A stretch of 58,174 nucleotides of DNA, counting the filler, from Sphacelaria rigidula (lineage: Eukaryota): NCBI GenBank assembly GCA_964200075.2. It is 8 parts of 8 records of this genome, joined end to end, with 100 filler letters (N's around TTAATTAATTAA, not from the genome) between each part and the next. Parts side by side here need not be neighbours in the genome. Positions count along the whole stretch, not along the records: positions 21,856 to 29,040 come from CAXNAA020016082.1; positions 29,141 to 36,324 come from CAXNAA020016083.1; positions 36,425 to 43,608 come from CAXNAA020016084.1; 5 more parts are not named here. One strand, given 5' to 3'. A program made the translations under genes and the position numbers. The notes below the pieces were generated by a model. The model did not search any database. It worked only from the letters and a program-made list of their open reading frames with translations, and was not told the origin of the DNA. The first letter of the stretch is position 1. Every line of letters begins with the position of its first letter. Below, in pieces: positions 25,693 through 37,982 of this stretch.

Positions 25693-26022
25693 AGATGGCA
25701 CGGATCAGACAACATGGACATACATGAGGAAAATGGAACATGATTTGGGTGGCAGTATTTGACGCAGATATCAACAATTCACGCGCCCTTGGCATTTCAC
25801 CTATCCCCGACTAGTTTCAACGCAATTTAATGCCAAGTGAGCCACGCATTTTGGCCGAAATAATACTTCCCGAAGTAATGATATCCGGCTCAATGAAAAG
25901 GAAAGATGAGAGAAAAAATCTTGGAGGAACTGTGCCGGAAAGTGATCCAACTACGTAAAACGCAAACCATTGACAGTAAGGACGCCACTACAAACAGAGG
26001 TGTATACAACACACGAACTCAC

Positions 26023-26170
26023 GCCGTCCTTGTCTCCAAGAGCGAGCACCCAGTAAGGCGCGTCTACGGAAACGCCGTCGAGGTGCACCATGAGCTGTCC
26101 GGGCTCGGTGTCGTCCATGCTGTAGGCATACCCCTTCATCTGCACCAGGTTGCCGTCGACGCCCTTGGTC
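26023..26170 (-). CDS. Lipocalin internal exon
   Basis: CAG|G TKGVDGNLVQMKGYAY...PGQLMVHLDGVSVDAPYWVLALGDKDG|GTGAGT; phase 2 start matches the previous exon. Confidence 0.9.
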
Positions 26171-27791
26171 CTGGACATGTGGTGGGCGGTATTTGATTTA
26201 AGTGGGAAGGTTTCTGCAAAAGCTTATTTCGAGCGAAATTTCAAGCAAAATCTGCTGTGCACGTTGGAGTTTTAGGATATTTACCTACATTTGAAGACGA
26301 CTCAAAAATGCTCTTCGACAAAGAGGCGTCGTCAGGAGGAAATACAATCAGCCTTGGGAGAGTCAGCGGTGTTGCAAGTACCCGTTGTAGGTTGTTTACA
26401 GCAACAAAACGTACCGTTACCAGGTTACTCAAAACGAGCTGTTATTTTTCCTCTCGCGCCGTAGTTTTCACATTTTTCAGACGCAGCATTCGCAACCGCT
26501 GAACACCTCGCAGGACAAGCACCGACCATCAATAAGCGAAAAGCCAAGTCCACCTAAGCGGTACTACGGGCTATGGAAGCAGTTACATATACCGTTGCAC
26601 ATATAACTTCATATATATCGCCGTGTTGGCACAAACCACACAGCAGACATGTACAAAACATGAAAACGTAGAGAGGGCTTTGCTGGAATCGTACGGTGTG
26701 ACCACGTGCTGCGGCTGCGCAAAACATCTGCGGGTCCTTCTGAAGTAGGTCGTTGCCGTAGTCTTCCTGCCGAAGGGTCTCCAAGGTGACTCGTGCTTTC
26801 TCTCTTGGTGTAGGATTGGCCGTGGATCTGGGTGGACATATTTTGTACATAGTGTCTTCGCGGGTCCGTACGATGGCTCTATCCTCTTGATTCTTTCCAC
26901 CGTAAAACCCCGCATTGCGTGGGAGCATCAGAGATTCGTCTGTACAGTTAGTAACGTTGGCACCCCTACTGGGGGAGACATGGTGTGCACCTCATAGTTC
27001 ACATTGACGTGTGGGACGAAGGAAGTGTATAGCGTGGCTTCAAAAAAAAAACTATTTTTTGTCAATATTCAAGTCCGGACAAACATCCCTCGGCCTGGTA
27101 TTCATTATCCCGACATTCTCCAAAGTTAGGTGGAGTGGCCGGCCGAAGAGTATTCAATCTGGGGAAACGGGGGAGGAAGTACGTCTAAGCACCGGGATGT
27201 ATCCTTGAACACAGCGTGAGCTCTAACGTCAGGTCTTCGAAGGTCTGCATCCGATACATCGACAGCATCGACAAGCCAAAGGGTCCCCTCCAGGAGTGTT
27301 TTGTAACGACCATGAGCCGGCACGATAAGTATTCAGAGCACGATTACGGATACACACACAAAAACGGATACAAATCCAACCACGACGAAGATACAGACTA
27401 TTTACACATCACATCTGGGGGGAACAGATCCGTGGAGCAGAACGGACGAGCATGTCTACGTAAAAGCCAAGGGAATATGAGGGATTCGTCGATTTCATCG
27501 CAGGGGGGGATTGGACGAGGCGTCAGCCTTCACGCACTACAGTGCACGACATATTCAAGTGCAGCGATTGCAACACGGTGAGTTCAAGGGCACCTTTCCC
27601 CCACAGTGCATGCTCGCTGATGACCGCGGAACTATCGACGTAGGGGAGAGCATGATTGCAGATACAGGTATGAAGATTCAATTGCACTATTCAGGGGGCG
27701 AATCAGTAGTAAAATATTCCCGTATCCGGCGGGGGCAGAGCAAACAGGCAAATCGGCCATGATTTCGACGGATTCGGCGATAGTGCCGTAC

Positions 27792-27901
27792 CTGGCGGTG
27801 CTGACGACGGCGATGGTGTCATCTTCACTGAGATCGTAGTCCGCTGTCACACAGGCTTCCTTTCGCTCCAGTAAAGTTTCCACCGTGTATGACGAGTAGA
27901 C
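27792..27901 (-). CDS. Lipocalin internal exon; the GxW-containing exon was not found
   Basis: TTTTTTCTCGTCCAG|VYSSYTVETLLERKEACVTADYDLSEDDTIAVVSTA AG|GT; CVTADY motif; 110 nt. Confidence 0.88.
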
Positions 27902-30900
27902 CTGGACGAGAAAAAAAGGACAAAACACGAGCATGCACGCTTGTAATGATTTCAACCCCTCAGCTGCCCAGTGGTCATTTTGAGGAGGTCCATGTTCTTG
28001 TCTCGTTCGTTTACGTCGCACTTCAAACCTCTCCCCTTCTTCGGGACTAGTACGTGGTCTCAGAGGATCAAGCCATGTCAACCCCGGTACGGCACACGCC
28101 CGATTGTTCGGTATCGTGGATTGGATTGCCGCTCCCGCATTGCATCGACTCCCGCCAAACTAACTATATTTACTACTTACTCACGTCTTCGCGCTTTAAA
28201 GGGCGTAAAAAACGTGAGGAACGTGAAGAACAGAAATCAGATCTTCGCATGATACATCCAACCTTGACACATCTGGCGGAAGTCGAATCCACACTTATCC
28301 AACCTAATGGTGTCAGTTGCACCACTGGACCCTCGGGACACGACGGCGCGAATGTCTGTATGTTGCAAATGTATGCAAACGTCAATGTTTTGTGGTTTAA
28401 TTTCTTCAACACCCGGAGGCTATTTTCCTGCACGAAATATGGAGTGGATGTGCAGGGGATGATACCAAGCGATACAACATGCGAGTGAAACAATACAACT
28501 TGAAGTACATACACCGACGAAAAACGAATACAACCACCACCACTACTGTTTTACTGTATTCATGACACTCGTAAACAGGCGACGTCAAGCCTGATGCCAA
28601 CAAAAACCTGCTATATTCTTATGAAAATACAGTGAAATCGCTCAGCGAAACAAAAATTGGACAAAAACACCACGCCACACATCATGGAACAAATACCATG
28701 TGTGCACATGAACGGTGCCACAACGATACAACAACCATGGAGAGCAGGCAAGATCCGCACCCCTTTTCGACAACCATGAAACAAAATGGTCTCGCAGATA
28801 CACAACCACGTCCATGTTCACGAGCAAGAACTTGGGTCCGAGTCAGATGTGTCACAGGGCTGTTGGAACATGACTTCTGTATTATTAATGAGTCGGCGGA
28901 ACACGACGGCATCCACGCAATACAGCAAAGTTGTACCCAGCACCCGTTACCCGTCACTACTGTGGCTCCCGTGAGACACATTTCCCTGCCTTCCCCTTCC
29001 CTCCTGCTCCTCCCCGCGCCCGAAGATTCATTTGACAGGGNNNNNNNNNNNNNNNNNNNNNNNNNNNNNNNNNNNNNNNNNNNNTTAATTAATTAANNNN
29101 NNNNNNNNNNNNNNNNNNNNNNNNNNNNNNNNNNNNNNNNTAAGTGTTTCGCGTCTTCCCTGCAAAATAGAAATGTCACTTCAACCTCATTTCGTAGATG
29201 AACCCCCAATTTCTAGGATCCACTGGTAATCGCTGTCTGTGTCAAGCTGTGCTCAACATGCTATTTCTTTGTGCACAACATGTTGCTGTGCTGGCTTCGA
29301 GAAATCCACTGCCACACCTCCACCCGTGCATCCGCCATATTCTGGGCGTGTGCTCTGGTGTTTGCGCGAGCAGCGAGGTGGCTGGTGTGGTGTGTGTTGT
29401 CGGGAGGGCGGCTATGTCGAGTATACAGTAGCAGAGCAAGTCGCACCCCACAAGAAAGAGAATGTGACCAGCTGATCCTGTGTTCCGCTCGTTAACTCAA
29501 AGCAGTAAGCTTCTCTCGCACACGGCACACGGTTGCAGCTACAGCTGTTATGGTGAGTAAGCACCGAGTTCTTTCAGAAAAGGAAAAACAAATAGATAGA
29601 CCGGGATTATGGTACACGTAACTCACTTACTGAGTAACGGCTTACAGGCCAGAGGATGAGACGTCGGCAGAGCAGATGAAAGCTGATCATCCTTCTTGTA
29701 ATTAGTTCTACGAAAGCCTTTCTTTGACCGATGGGTTGCAAGTGAAGCTCGTGGGGGGCGAGTTCCTTCCCACAAAAACTCCTAGCTACGCATACAATTG
29801 TCATAATACCAACTCGTTGCGGCGCGTGCCTTCTGTCAACCTTCATTGACAGGCGCGTGCCCCATACGGCCAATCCGATACAATCGATCCGACTACAGAA
29901 TCAGGCGCAACAACGCCGATTGGGCTGTATTAGTTCAATTTCTACGCTACGAAAGCACACATCCGACTAGAATCTTTTCATACCCGCCGGTCGTTTCTGT
30001 GGATCATCGGGAAATCCCAAAGAACTAGTTTAATTCACGCACTCGGCCATATACCATCACAATAGCCCACCCTGGGTCGTTCAAGTGCAGTTATTTTTTC
30101 AGAAGGGACGAAATGGCATCGAGCCACACCACTCCCACACCACAGACAACTCAGATTCATTTCAAAGATCAAGTATTCTTCGGTACGGGGAACGGGAAGG
30201 GACGGCCAACACAAAAAAAATAAAAGAGAAAAAAACACAACTAAGAAGACAAAAAGAAAAAAATCGAATCGATACAGCAATTCAGTGTCCCCATGTTCCG
30301 TGAGCATTTCAGATGGAGTAATGGGAAATCAAAAAAAAAAAAACATACACCACAAAAAATGCAGTGTCCTAAGAATGCCGTGAGCATATCCGGGATAGCC
30401 ACAGGAAATCCGAGACCTATCATTGAAACGATCATCCTACCCGGCCATAACTATATCATGAATATAATAGTTCACTCTTTTGTGGATGCCCGATTTGTTT
30501 TAGGTTATTGGTAGAAAAAAAAGCAAGCCCGCCAAGGCATTACATCACTGCGATAACCAAGTTTATGCTAATCACTCGTCCCAGTCAATCAGCAAAAGCC
30601 AAAAACGCAAAGCCGATTTCGTCGCGGAAAAGGGAGTTTCCCGCGAAAACCACATACGTTGAAAAAAGTATATAGCATGATACGGACAGATCAACTCGTT
30701 TGACATGAGTTCATTATCGGTACATGTTTGTGAGAGCAGCGACTTGCTTGGGACGTCTGGGTGGTGATCCAGTCGTACAGCAACTTTTTTGTTTTTTTGC
30801 GCACAACGACGAGATACGAAAACAACCGACTGGTTTGTGAGGTCAGGTGTCCGTACACGTTAAAAGAAACCTAATGGAGTCAATACACAACCTTCGGGCC

Positions 30901-32193
30901 TACTACGTAGTTCCGCGGCGGATCGCCCAACACATTTCTGAACCACGACAAATACACAGGACAGAGAGGACAAACGCAGCCCACTCCCCACAGTATTTGC
31001 CCGTTCGGACTAAAACGAGACTGGCCCGAACTCAAACTGGTGTAAAAACCACAGCCGGTCGTACCGTCACGATACTTCGTCCAATAAAACCTGATAAATT
31101 CGAAACACCACCGACCGATTTCTGGGGCGGGTAAATAAAAATGTACGCAAAAACCGGTCAATGTGACAGAAAAAAAATAGCGAGTGGCGGACTCTGAGCC
31201 TGTAGGCTGACACTTTCTACGATAGCCCCCTCCGAAAAAGTGCATGGTTTGGGGAGGCAAAATCTTTACGTAAATCGAAATGGGGAAAGCCGAGCACAAC
31301 GAGAAGCTGGCAATTCCCACGCTTGAGTTCGTTCTAGCCAATATCGCCAATATGAGGTGCTTCATGCAGCCTGAACCCGAACATCAGGCGCTGTATTCCC
31401 ATTTTTTTCGCGACACTTTGAGCTGGTTTTGGGGGGGGGCTATCGTAGAAATTGTCGGTTGTACCAATGGTCGAATATCGACATGGCGCAACGGAAGGTT
31501 CCGGAAGAACAATCTACCTTATCATGATACGTAATGGTCCTGTATGAGAAGATGTTTGCAACCGATTATACCGCGACTTCAATAATAATTCTTCAACACC
31601 GCTACGTACGACGCGGCCAGTGGTGACCTCGTTGTAACTTACCAATCACCAAAGTTTAAATCATTGCGTCGCATTACCCGTGACCCTACTGTAAACGAGG
31701 CCGGTCAAACGTGTGCAGGACTCGCAAAAAAAAGTAGGCCAAGTGTTCCAGACTCGAGAGTCAGGAACGGTGGGACACTCATGGCAAAATTCCCGACATG
31801 GACGCAGAAACCAAAACCAATATAAATACAGAACCAGGGGCACGCTGGGCAACAGCGAACACGAAATATCAGCAACATGAAGCAGGAAAACAACACGTGG
31901 CGACCGTCCTCGTATACGGGAGCGGTTATCGTGTGTACGAAGCAAATAGGGTCAAACGTTTCAGCGAAGAAGGTCAAACCATTTCAGACACTCGGCTTCG
32001 GTTACTATCGTCCATGTGAATATAAAACCGAACGTGGTACGCACACAAAAAGGAGACACGTCACGACCGATCCCGAAGAGGGAGGGGGTATGCGTGTACG
32101 GAGCGATTGGGCAAGAGCGCAATTATTCCAGACGGGGGGGTCAGTTATATCTACGCTCGCTCCGAAAACTCTCGACCGAAAAGACAAACAAAA

Positions 32194-32240
32194 ACAACAA
32201 CAACAACAGCAACAACAACAACAACAACAACAACAACAGC
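32194..32240. repeat. (CAA)n microsatellite
   Basis: Direct reading; explains the poly-Q/N/C ORFs in the track. Confidence 0.95.
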
Positions 32241-32486
32241 ATATTACACAAAATAATACAAAAGGTGCGTAAAACAAAAAGAAATAAAGAAGTAAATAAA
32301 TAAATAACTCGTGGCAACTGTTTCAGTATACGGAATGGTCGTGAATGTACGGCGCGGAGAACGGAGGTTCAAGGTTCCAGACTCGGGGGTCAGGAATAAG
32401 ATGGTCCACACTTGTACTTTGCCAGATGAACCCAGGAAACACCAAGAAAATTACCCATTGAACACAACAAAGATCGAAAACAAAGC

Positions 32487-32741
32487 GAGCCATGCTACGA
32501 TAGGGGTTGCACTTTTTGTTCCTGGGTCACTTTTTTGTAGGAGCCCAAATATATATGGGGCTTACTGTGCATTCAAAATATCTGAGGACCGGACATGGAT
32601 ATGTACGCAGGGGCCTTTTCGTGAATCGGCATCATTTCCAGTGTTTTTCAAGTAAAAATGATGCCGATTCTCAAGATTACCCGTCCAATACCCCGAGAAA
32701 CATTTTCGCGAAAAAAGTGCACCCCTACCGTAGCATGGCTC
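32487..32741. mobile_element. MITE with Sola2-type hallmarks
   Basis: ~30-bp TIRs GAGCCATGCTACGATAGGGGTTGCACTTTTT / AAAAAAGTGCACCCCTACCGTAGCATGGCTC; GAG..CTC ends; 4-bp TSD AAGC (32483-32486, 32742-32745). Confidence 0.78.
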
Positions 32742-32999
32742 AAGCACGATGCGAAAGGAAAAGAAGAGAAAAAGTGAAGAAAAAAAAAGAAGACAAAAAC
32801 AAATCAAAACAAAATGACGCAAGGCAAAAAACTCAAAACACAAAATCAGGGTCCAAAGCCAAAAAAAACAAAGCACAAAAAGAGAAAAAAATTCAAAATA
32901 CAAAATACAAAATACAAAAATACAATACGAAATACAACATACAACCACTACAAGTACGGGGCTAATCAGTACGAAAACAAATGAAGGGGGGGAGGGGGA

Positions 33000-35900
33000 G
33001 CACATGGCTTTCCAACGACTCTACGGTGCAAGACAAGCGACTCAAACGTGGCACACTACGCAAGGTGAATGGGGAGGCAGACTCGGATGCGGCGTCATGA
33101 GTCATCTGCATCCCAAGCGGTGCCCGCGTTCCGTAGAACGGCTGTTTCCAGATCGCCTTGGTCGTGTCGTTGGAGGCACCAGGATCCCCTCCGAGCGGTC
33201 GGCACTTCGGTGTAGTAGGCATCATCCAAGCGAATCTTAAGGGGGCTCGGGTCATCGAGGGAACGGATAAAGTAGGAGTGGTCAGGTGCAGGATCGACCA
33301 AATGAATTTTACCTAACAACCACAGTGAATCCAAGGCCTTATACCACAAGTACGCCCCCTCCAGCAAGCGTTGTCCGTGAAAAGACTGCATGTGTTGTTA
33401 ACGCGAAAGAAGGCTATAGCCTGTTACACCAAACCGCGCTGAGTGTTCACGTGCCAGTTCCAGAGCGGCAGCTCCCTTGCGCATCGACCGATATCTCTTA
33501 TTCAACGGGCGGTGTTGGACGGTATCTCCTACCCAGTACAGCAATATTTCCAGACGAGAATGACGCAAATCAACTTCACGCTCCCATGTAACACGCATGA
33601 TACCCTTCCAATGTGTTTGATACATTACAGCTATCTTACCTCCACGACCGCGAACCAGTTGATGGCCCGAAATCCTATCCACCCCATCGCGTTCCAGGGG
33701 TGCGTTCGCATCTTCGACCGTCATATGATACGGCGGAGTTTTGATCGCATACTTGGTCAACACATAATGGCTAAGCCCTAGCGGCAGTTGTCTGGGAATG
33801 TCAGAGGAGTCATGAGGGGGGATACACGGTTTGCATCGTAGCATCGAGACGCGATTTTTCGGTTTCAAAACGGGTTCATCCGTGGGAAAATCCAAGTATA
33901 AAAGTTTCGCTCCCACCGGACTCTTGTCGGGTGCGGTAGCGCTCGGACCAACAGCCAAAATTTCCCAAGGACCAGCCCAATACAAGGATAGTTTCGCCTT
34001 CAACACTTTATCCAAAGATGATGATTTCGAGCTTACCCCTTGATTGATGGTCTTCACATCGTTATACACCCATGACCATTGGCCTGCCTTCCACACCGGG
34101 CGGTTATGTACCACATCATCCAACATCGAGTTCGCCCTGGCCACCTTGGCCAAATTGATTTAGTTCTGTTCTCGTACCACTTCATGTGCAAGACGAAGAC
34201 GATTGGTAACCGACAAATGATCTACAACACCACGATCCAGGCTCTGATGTCCGCCTGTATTTTTGCGTTCGACTACCGCTGAAGGTAACCTAGGCATGCG
34301 TCCAATATGAATTTCATTCGGTGACAATCCCGTAGCGGCATTGACTGAATTGTTGTAATTCATCTGGACAAGGGGCAGGTGCAGATCCCAGTCCATCTGT
34401 CTCTCATTTGCTACAGCAGCAAGCATCTGTGCCATCGTATGGTTCACTCGTTCCGTTCCACCATTGGTGGAAGGGTGATATGAACTAGTAAAAATGCGAT
34501 GGGCACCCAAAAGGTCACTGACGGCGGCTGAAAGTTTGCCTGAAAAATGCAGGCCGTTGTCAGACAGTGAGCGTTTGGGCACACCCCACGGTGGGATGTA
34601 CATGTAGACAAGAATGTTGGCGGTACCTTCCGCGGTATAACTACTGGAGGTGACGGCGTGCATCACCGCATGTCGACTAAATCTATACGTAAACAACAAA
34701 AGATACTTATTTCCACTATCCGTCAGGGCAAAGGACCAAAATAGTCCCACGAAACTACTTCACCAGGCCCGTTTGGGGGTGGCATGGAAACAGTCGGCCA
34801 ACGAACTGTTTGACGAGAAGTTTTTCGCGCCTGACACAAAAGACAACGCCTCACCCACCAACGACAACACTGATCCATACAAATCCACCAATAAAAACAT
34901 TCCAACATCTGGGAGGTCCTGATGGCGCCTAAATGAGTCGATGCCTGTGAATGGCATTCGTGTAGAACCCATGGGCGGAGAAGCATCGGGACGTAGATGC
35001 GGACGGGTTCATCACCTAGCGAGCGTGCATGTCGACTTGTAGGCTTCCCCCTGGGGACGACTGCTGTGGGCCGGCGAACCAACAGAACTATATCATCATC
35101 CGTATGTAGCATACCTTTCCTTGAAAGTTCAGTAACTTCATCCTGTGTGGGCGCTTTGAGATTCCCGACTGGCAAAAGGAATTCGGTTTCTGAGAATGGA
35201 CATGAGCAACCTTTAGATAGATAATGGATAGCTGATTTACAAGCAGGTTTGGCCTGTTGTTCCCGGGCCCAATCGGCGTGGGAGAAGAGAGTCAAACGTT
35301 CCTTGAATACACCATCTGTTGAAGCATCGACTTCGTGTGGGGTCGGTTCGGAGCGGGGTTGGCACGAAGCGGTGATTTCGGAATCAAGGGTGAGCCTACC
35401 AGTTGGTGCACTCTCAGACGGAACGTAAACGTCTACTCTTGCGTCGATTAGCGTGGAGGGTGTTGTGGTGGTGTTTGCAATATCATCACCACGGGAGGGA
35501 GGTACAGCCGTGGTTTCGGCTATGGTTGGCAGGGGCGGCACGGTCGGGGTCGATTTTCGGAGGGCCTTGCGTCGCGGAGGCTGCGGGGGCGAAAGGAAAC
35601 TATCGGGGACCAGGGTGGGGGCAGGGAGGGGAGGGTCAGGACCGGATACGTCTAATTTGGTGGCCGTTTCGGCGGTTCGTCGTCCGCGAGTCCTACTCGA
35701 AATCAAATCTTGAACTTGAACTGGGAAGACGGAGTCGGCAAAGGACGGTTCTACACCTGCTACGAAAACCATGCGCTGGCCAGTTGCACGAAAATAATCA
35801 TAGCCAACAGTATTCGTAGACAGTCCATTCCAAACTGAGTACAACGATTGAGGTTGCAAGCTGCCTAGAACTGATGCGTGGGCTGTGCTCGTCAGCCCAC

Positions 35901-36324
35901 CCATGCCTAAAGCCGGCGTTTCTCTCCGTGAAAGTGGTGTGTAGAGACCTTAATGTCCACTCCTGCTAATGAAATATACAATGTCTTCGGTGGGATCGGT
36001 GATACGTCCCATGGGGGATTCGTCAATAGGTTGAGTTGGTGTGGGCAAGCGTGACAGGAAGTCGGCGTTTGCATTTCGGGGACCTGTGCGGTACTTCACT
36101 TGGAAGTTGGAAGACGACAGGATTTCGAACCAGCGTTGGACCCTTGCGTTGTGTTCCGCCATTTTGGCAAGGCTTTTCAAAGACTTGTGATCGATAAAAA
36201 TCAAAAACGGGATGTCATACAAATACTGACGCAGACGTCGCACGCCCCAAACAACTGCGCCGGCCTCTTGTTCCATGACAGACCAATTCTGTTCATTCGG
36301 AAAAGTGGTGCGACTCAGATAGAC
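33000..36324 (-). mobile_element. Ty3/gypsy pol 3' half: RNase H, Pro-rich linker, integrase (HHCC, DDE, GPY/F-like), chromodomain-like tail; decayed
   Basis: EQEAGAVVWGVRRLRQYL..IDHKSL..RVQRW..NANADFLSRLP; HECH..HLG..CLLCQARK; WDYFGPLP; LSDNGLHF; YHPSTNGGTERVNHT; WAGPW; DRISGHQ..YQTHWKG..TWERE. Confidence 0.93.
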
Positions 36325-36451
36325 NNNNNNNNNNNNNNNNNNNNNNNNNNNNNNNNNNNNNNNNNNNNTTAATTAATTAANNNNNNNNNNNNNNNNNNNN
36401 NNNNNNNNNNNNNNNNNNNNNNNNTCGTGATTACACATGCCAGCGTCCGCA

Positions 36452-36520
36452 GCCCATTGACCTCGCATCCCTACAATGCCGGGACGGAGCACGCCGGGTT
36501 TTCGCCGGACCAGGCGAGGG
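36452..36520 (+). repeat. Interspersed GC-rich repeat (other copies 48110-48175 on +, 58098-58150 on -)
   Basis: CATTGACCTCGCATCCCTACAAWGCCGGGACSGAGCACGCCG..TTTCGCCGGACCAGGC in three scaffolds. Confidence 0.8.
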
Positions 36521-36730
36521 AGGAAGGGGGGGGGGCTATCGCGGCATCACTGACCTTTTCCGTCAAACCTGTTTTTTTTTGCACTGCTGGATGAACTTGC
36601 ACATTCTGCTTGAGGAGGTGTCTCTCATTTTCGCGTTGAATTTTGTGACGGAGGACCTTCTGTTCCGAAAGTATGTTGTTTTCCCCCTGATGGTCTGTCG
36701 TAGTTTGCTTGTCGGTTGTTATGATCCAGG

Positions 36731-36776
36731 GCAAGATGCACTTCTGTCGAGTGGACGACGCGGACACAATGCTCTA
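36731..36776 (+). pseudogene. Decayed partial duplicate of the DEAD-motif exon
   Basis: CAG|GKMHFCRVDDADTML vs the true exon [18 protein letters not shown]; upstream intron sequence also similar. Confidence 0.55.
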
Positions 36777-37030
36777 TTATTTATTATTTTTGCACAAATC
36801 TATGGATAATGGCGTGTTGTCGATTGCATATTTTTCTCATCGGTCTATCGCGCATCAACTGGTCATCATTATTATTTTTTCCAGGACGGAATTTGTTCTA
36901 TGCTGATTGACGCGCACATGACGTCTGAAGAATCAATCTTGCTATTTTAGAGAGCTATGGGTATTGGCGTGTGGCGTCGAAAGTCTTGATTTTTTGCTGT
37001 CTTTTCCTACCGATGCTTGTCGTTGTTCAG

Positions 37031-37163
37031 AGCGAGATTCAATTTTGCGTCCTGGACGAGGCGGACATGATGCTGCAGATGGGCTTCCAAGAGGACGTGG
37101 AACAAATATTTCACGAAATGCCCGAGAACAAGCAAACCACTCTTTGGTCCGCTACCATGCCTC
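37031..37163 (+). CDS. DEAD-box RNA helicase (DDX21/RH3-like) exon, motifs II-III
   Basis: [22 protein letters not shown]...[13 protein letters not shown]| and |GTAAGT; ends in phase 1. Confidence 0.95.
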
Positions 37164-37788
37164 GTAAGTGTTCGTGTTATTGTCCACACGTATAAGTGTC
37201 ATTATCCACATGTGTTAGTATCTTTGTTATTATCCACATGTGTTGCAGAGGAGAGAGGGAAAGCAAGAGGGAGAGAAGGCATCCGAAAGTGTCTGAGTAT
37301 GATTTTTCACCCTTGTGATGAATTGGCGTGTTTTGTCTACGCGTATGGATCGCTTTTTTTGGCAAATTTTGAGGATCGATCTCAAAGAGAAAATTGAAGG
37401 CTTTCCTAAGTGTAATCGGAACGAAAAACGTTATCGTATATCATTGATGTCTCACACAGGATTATGTGCCGTATGTAGTGATCATGGGTTCGAGAGATCG
37501 CGCTTATATGACCGAGCTTGCGTCTGTAAAGAATCCCGCAAATCGGCGCCGGAAACTCTCGGCTTTTTTGTGTGTGTGTTTTTTCCGTCAGGCCGGACCG
37601 GAGTCATATATATTTGTATATATATATTCAGAGCTATCCCAGCGTTTGTTCTCTTCTCTCTTGTTGCTGAGACTCGGCTCCTTCGTTTGATGTGTCTGAT
37701 CACGTTTTTATTTATTTATTGTATTCGTCTCGTCAAGTGTTGATGATATCTCTCCTGCCGTATTTATGTGTACACTGTGTGCACGCAG

Positions 37789-37982
37789 GGTGGGTGCAAC
37801 AGCTGGCCAACAAATACATGGTCACCCCCGAGTTCATCGACCTCGTGGGCAAGGATGATGTGAAAATACCGACCACCATCCAGCACTGGAATTACGTAAC
37901 GGCCAGGGACTCGAGGCAGGAGATCTTGGGGCTAATCGTCACGGCCCACGGGTTCGACAAGCGTACCATCATCTTCACACAG
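37789..37982 (+). CDS. DEAD-box helicase exon (linker, motif IV)
   Basis: (R)WVQQLANKYM..IDLVG..KIPTTIQH..TIIFTQ|GT; phase matches. Confidence 0.93.

Noticed and set aside
30035..30200. Another tRNA-derived head on the minus strand
   Set aside because: Only a weak B-box-like GGCTCGATGCC; no A box or second copy
31630..32480. 3' LTR of the gypsy element
   Set aside because: Plausible position, but no PPT, matching TG..CA pair or second LTR could be fixed
31877..33005. Poly-Q, poly-C and Lys-rich ORFs
   Set aside because: Products of (CAA)n and A-rich low-complexity sequence
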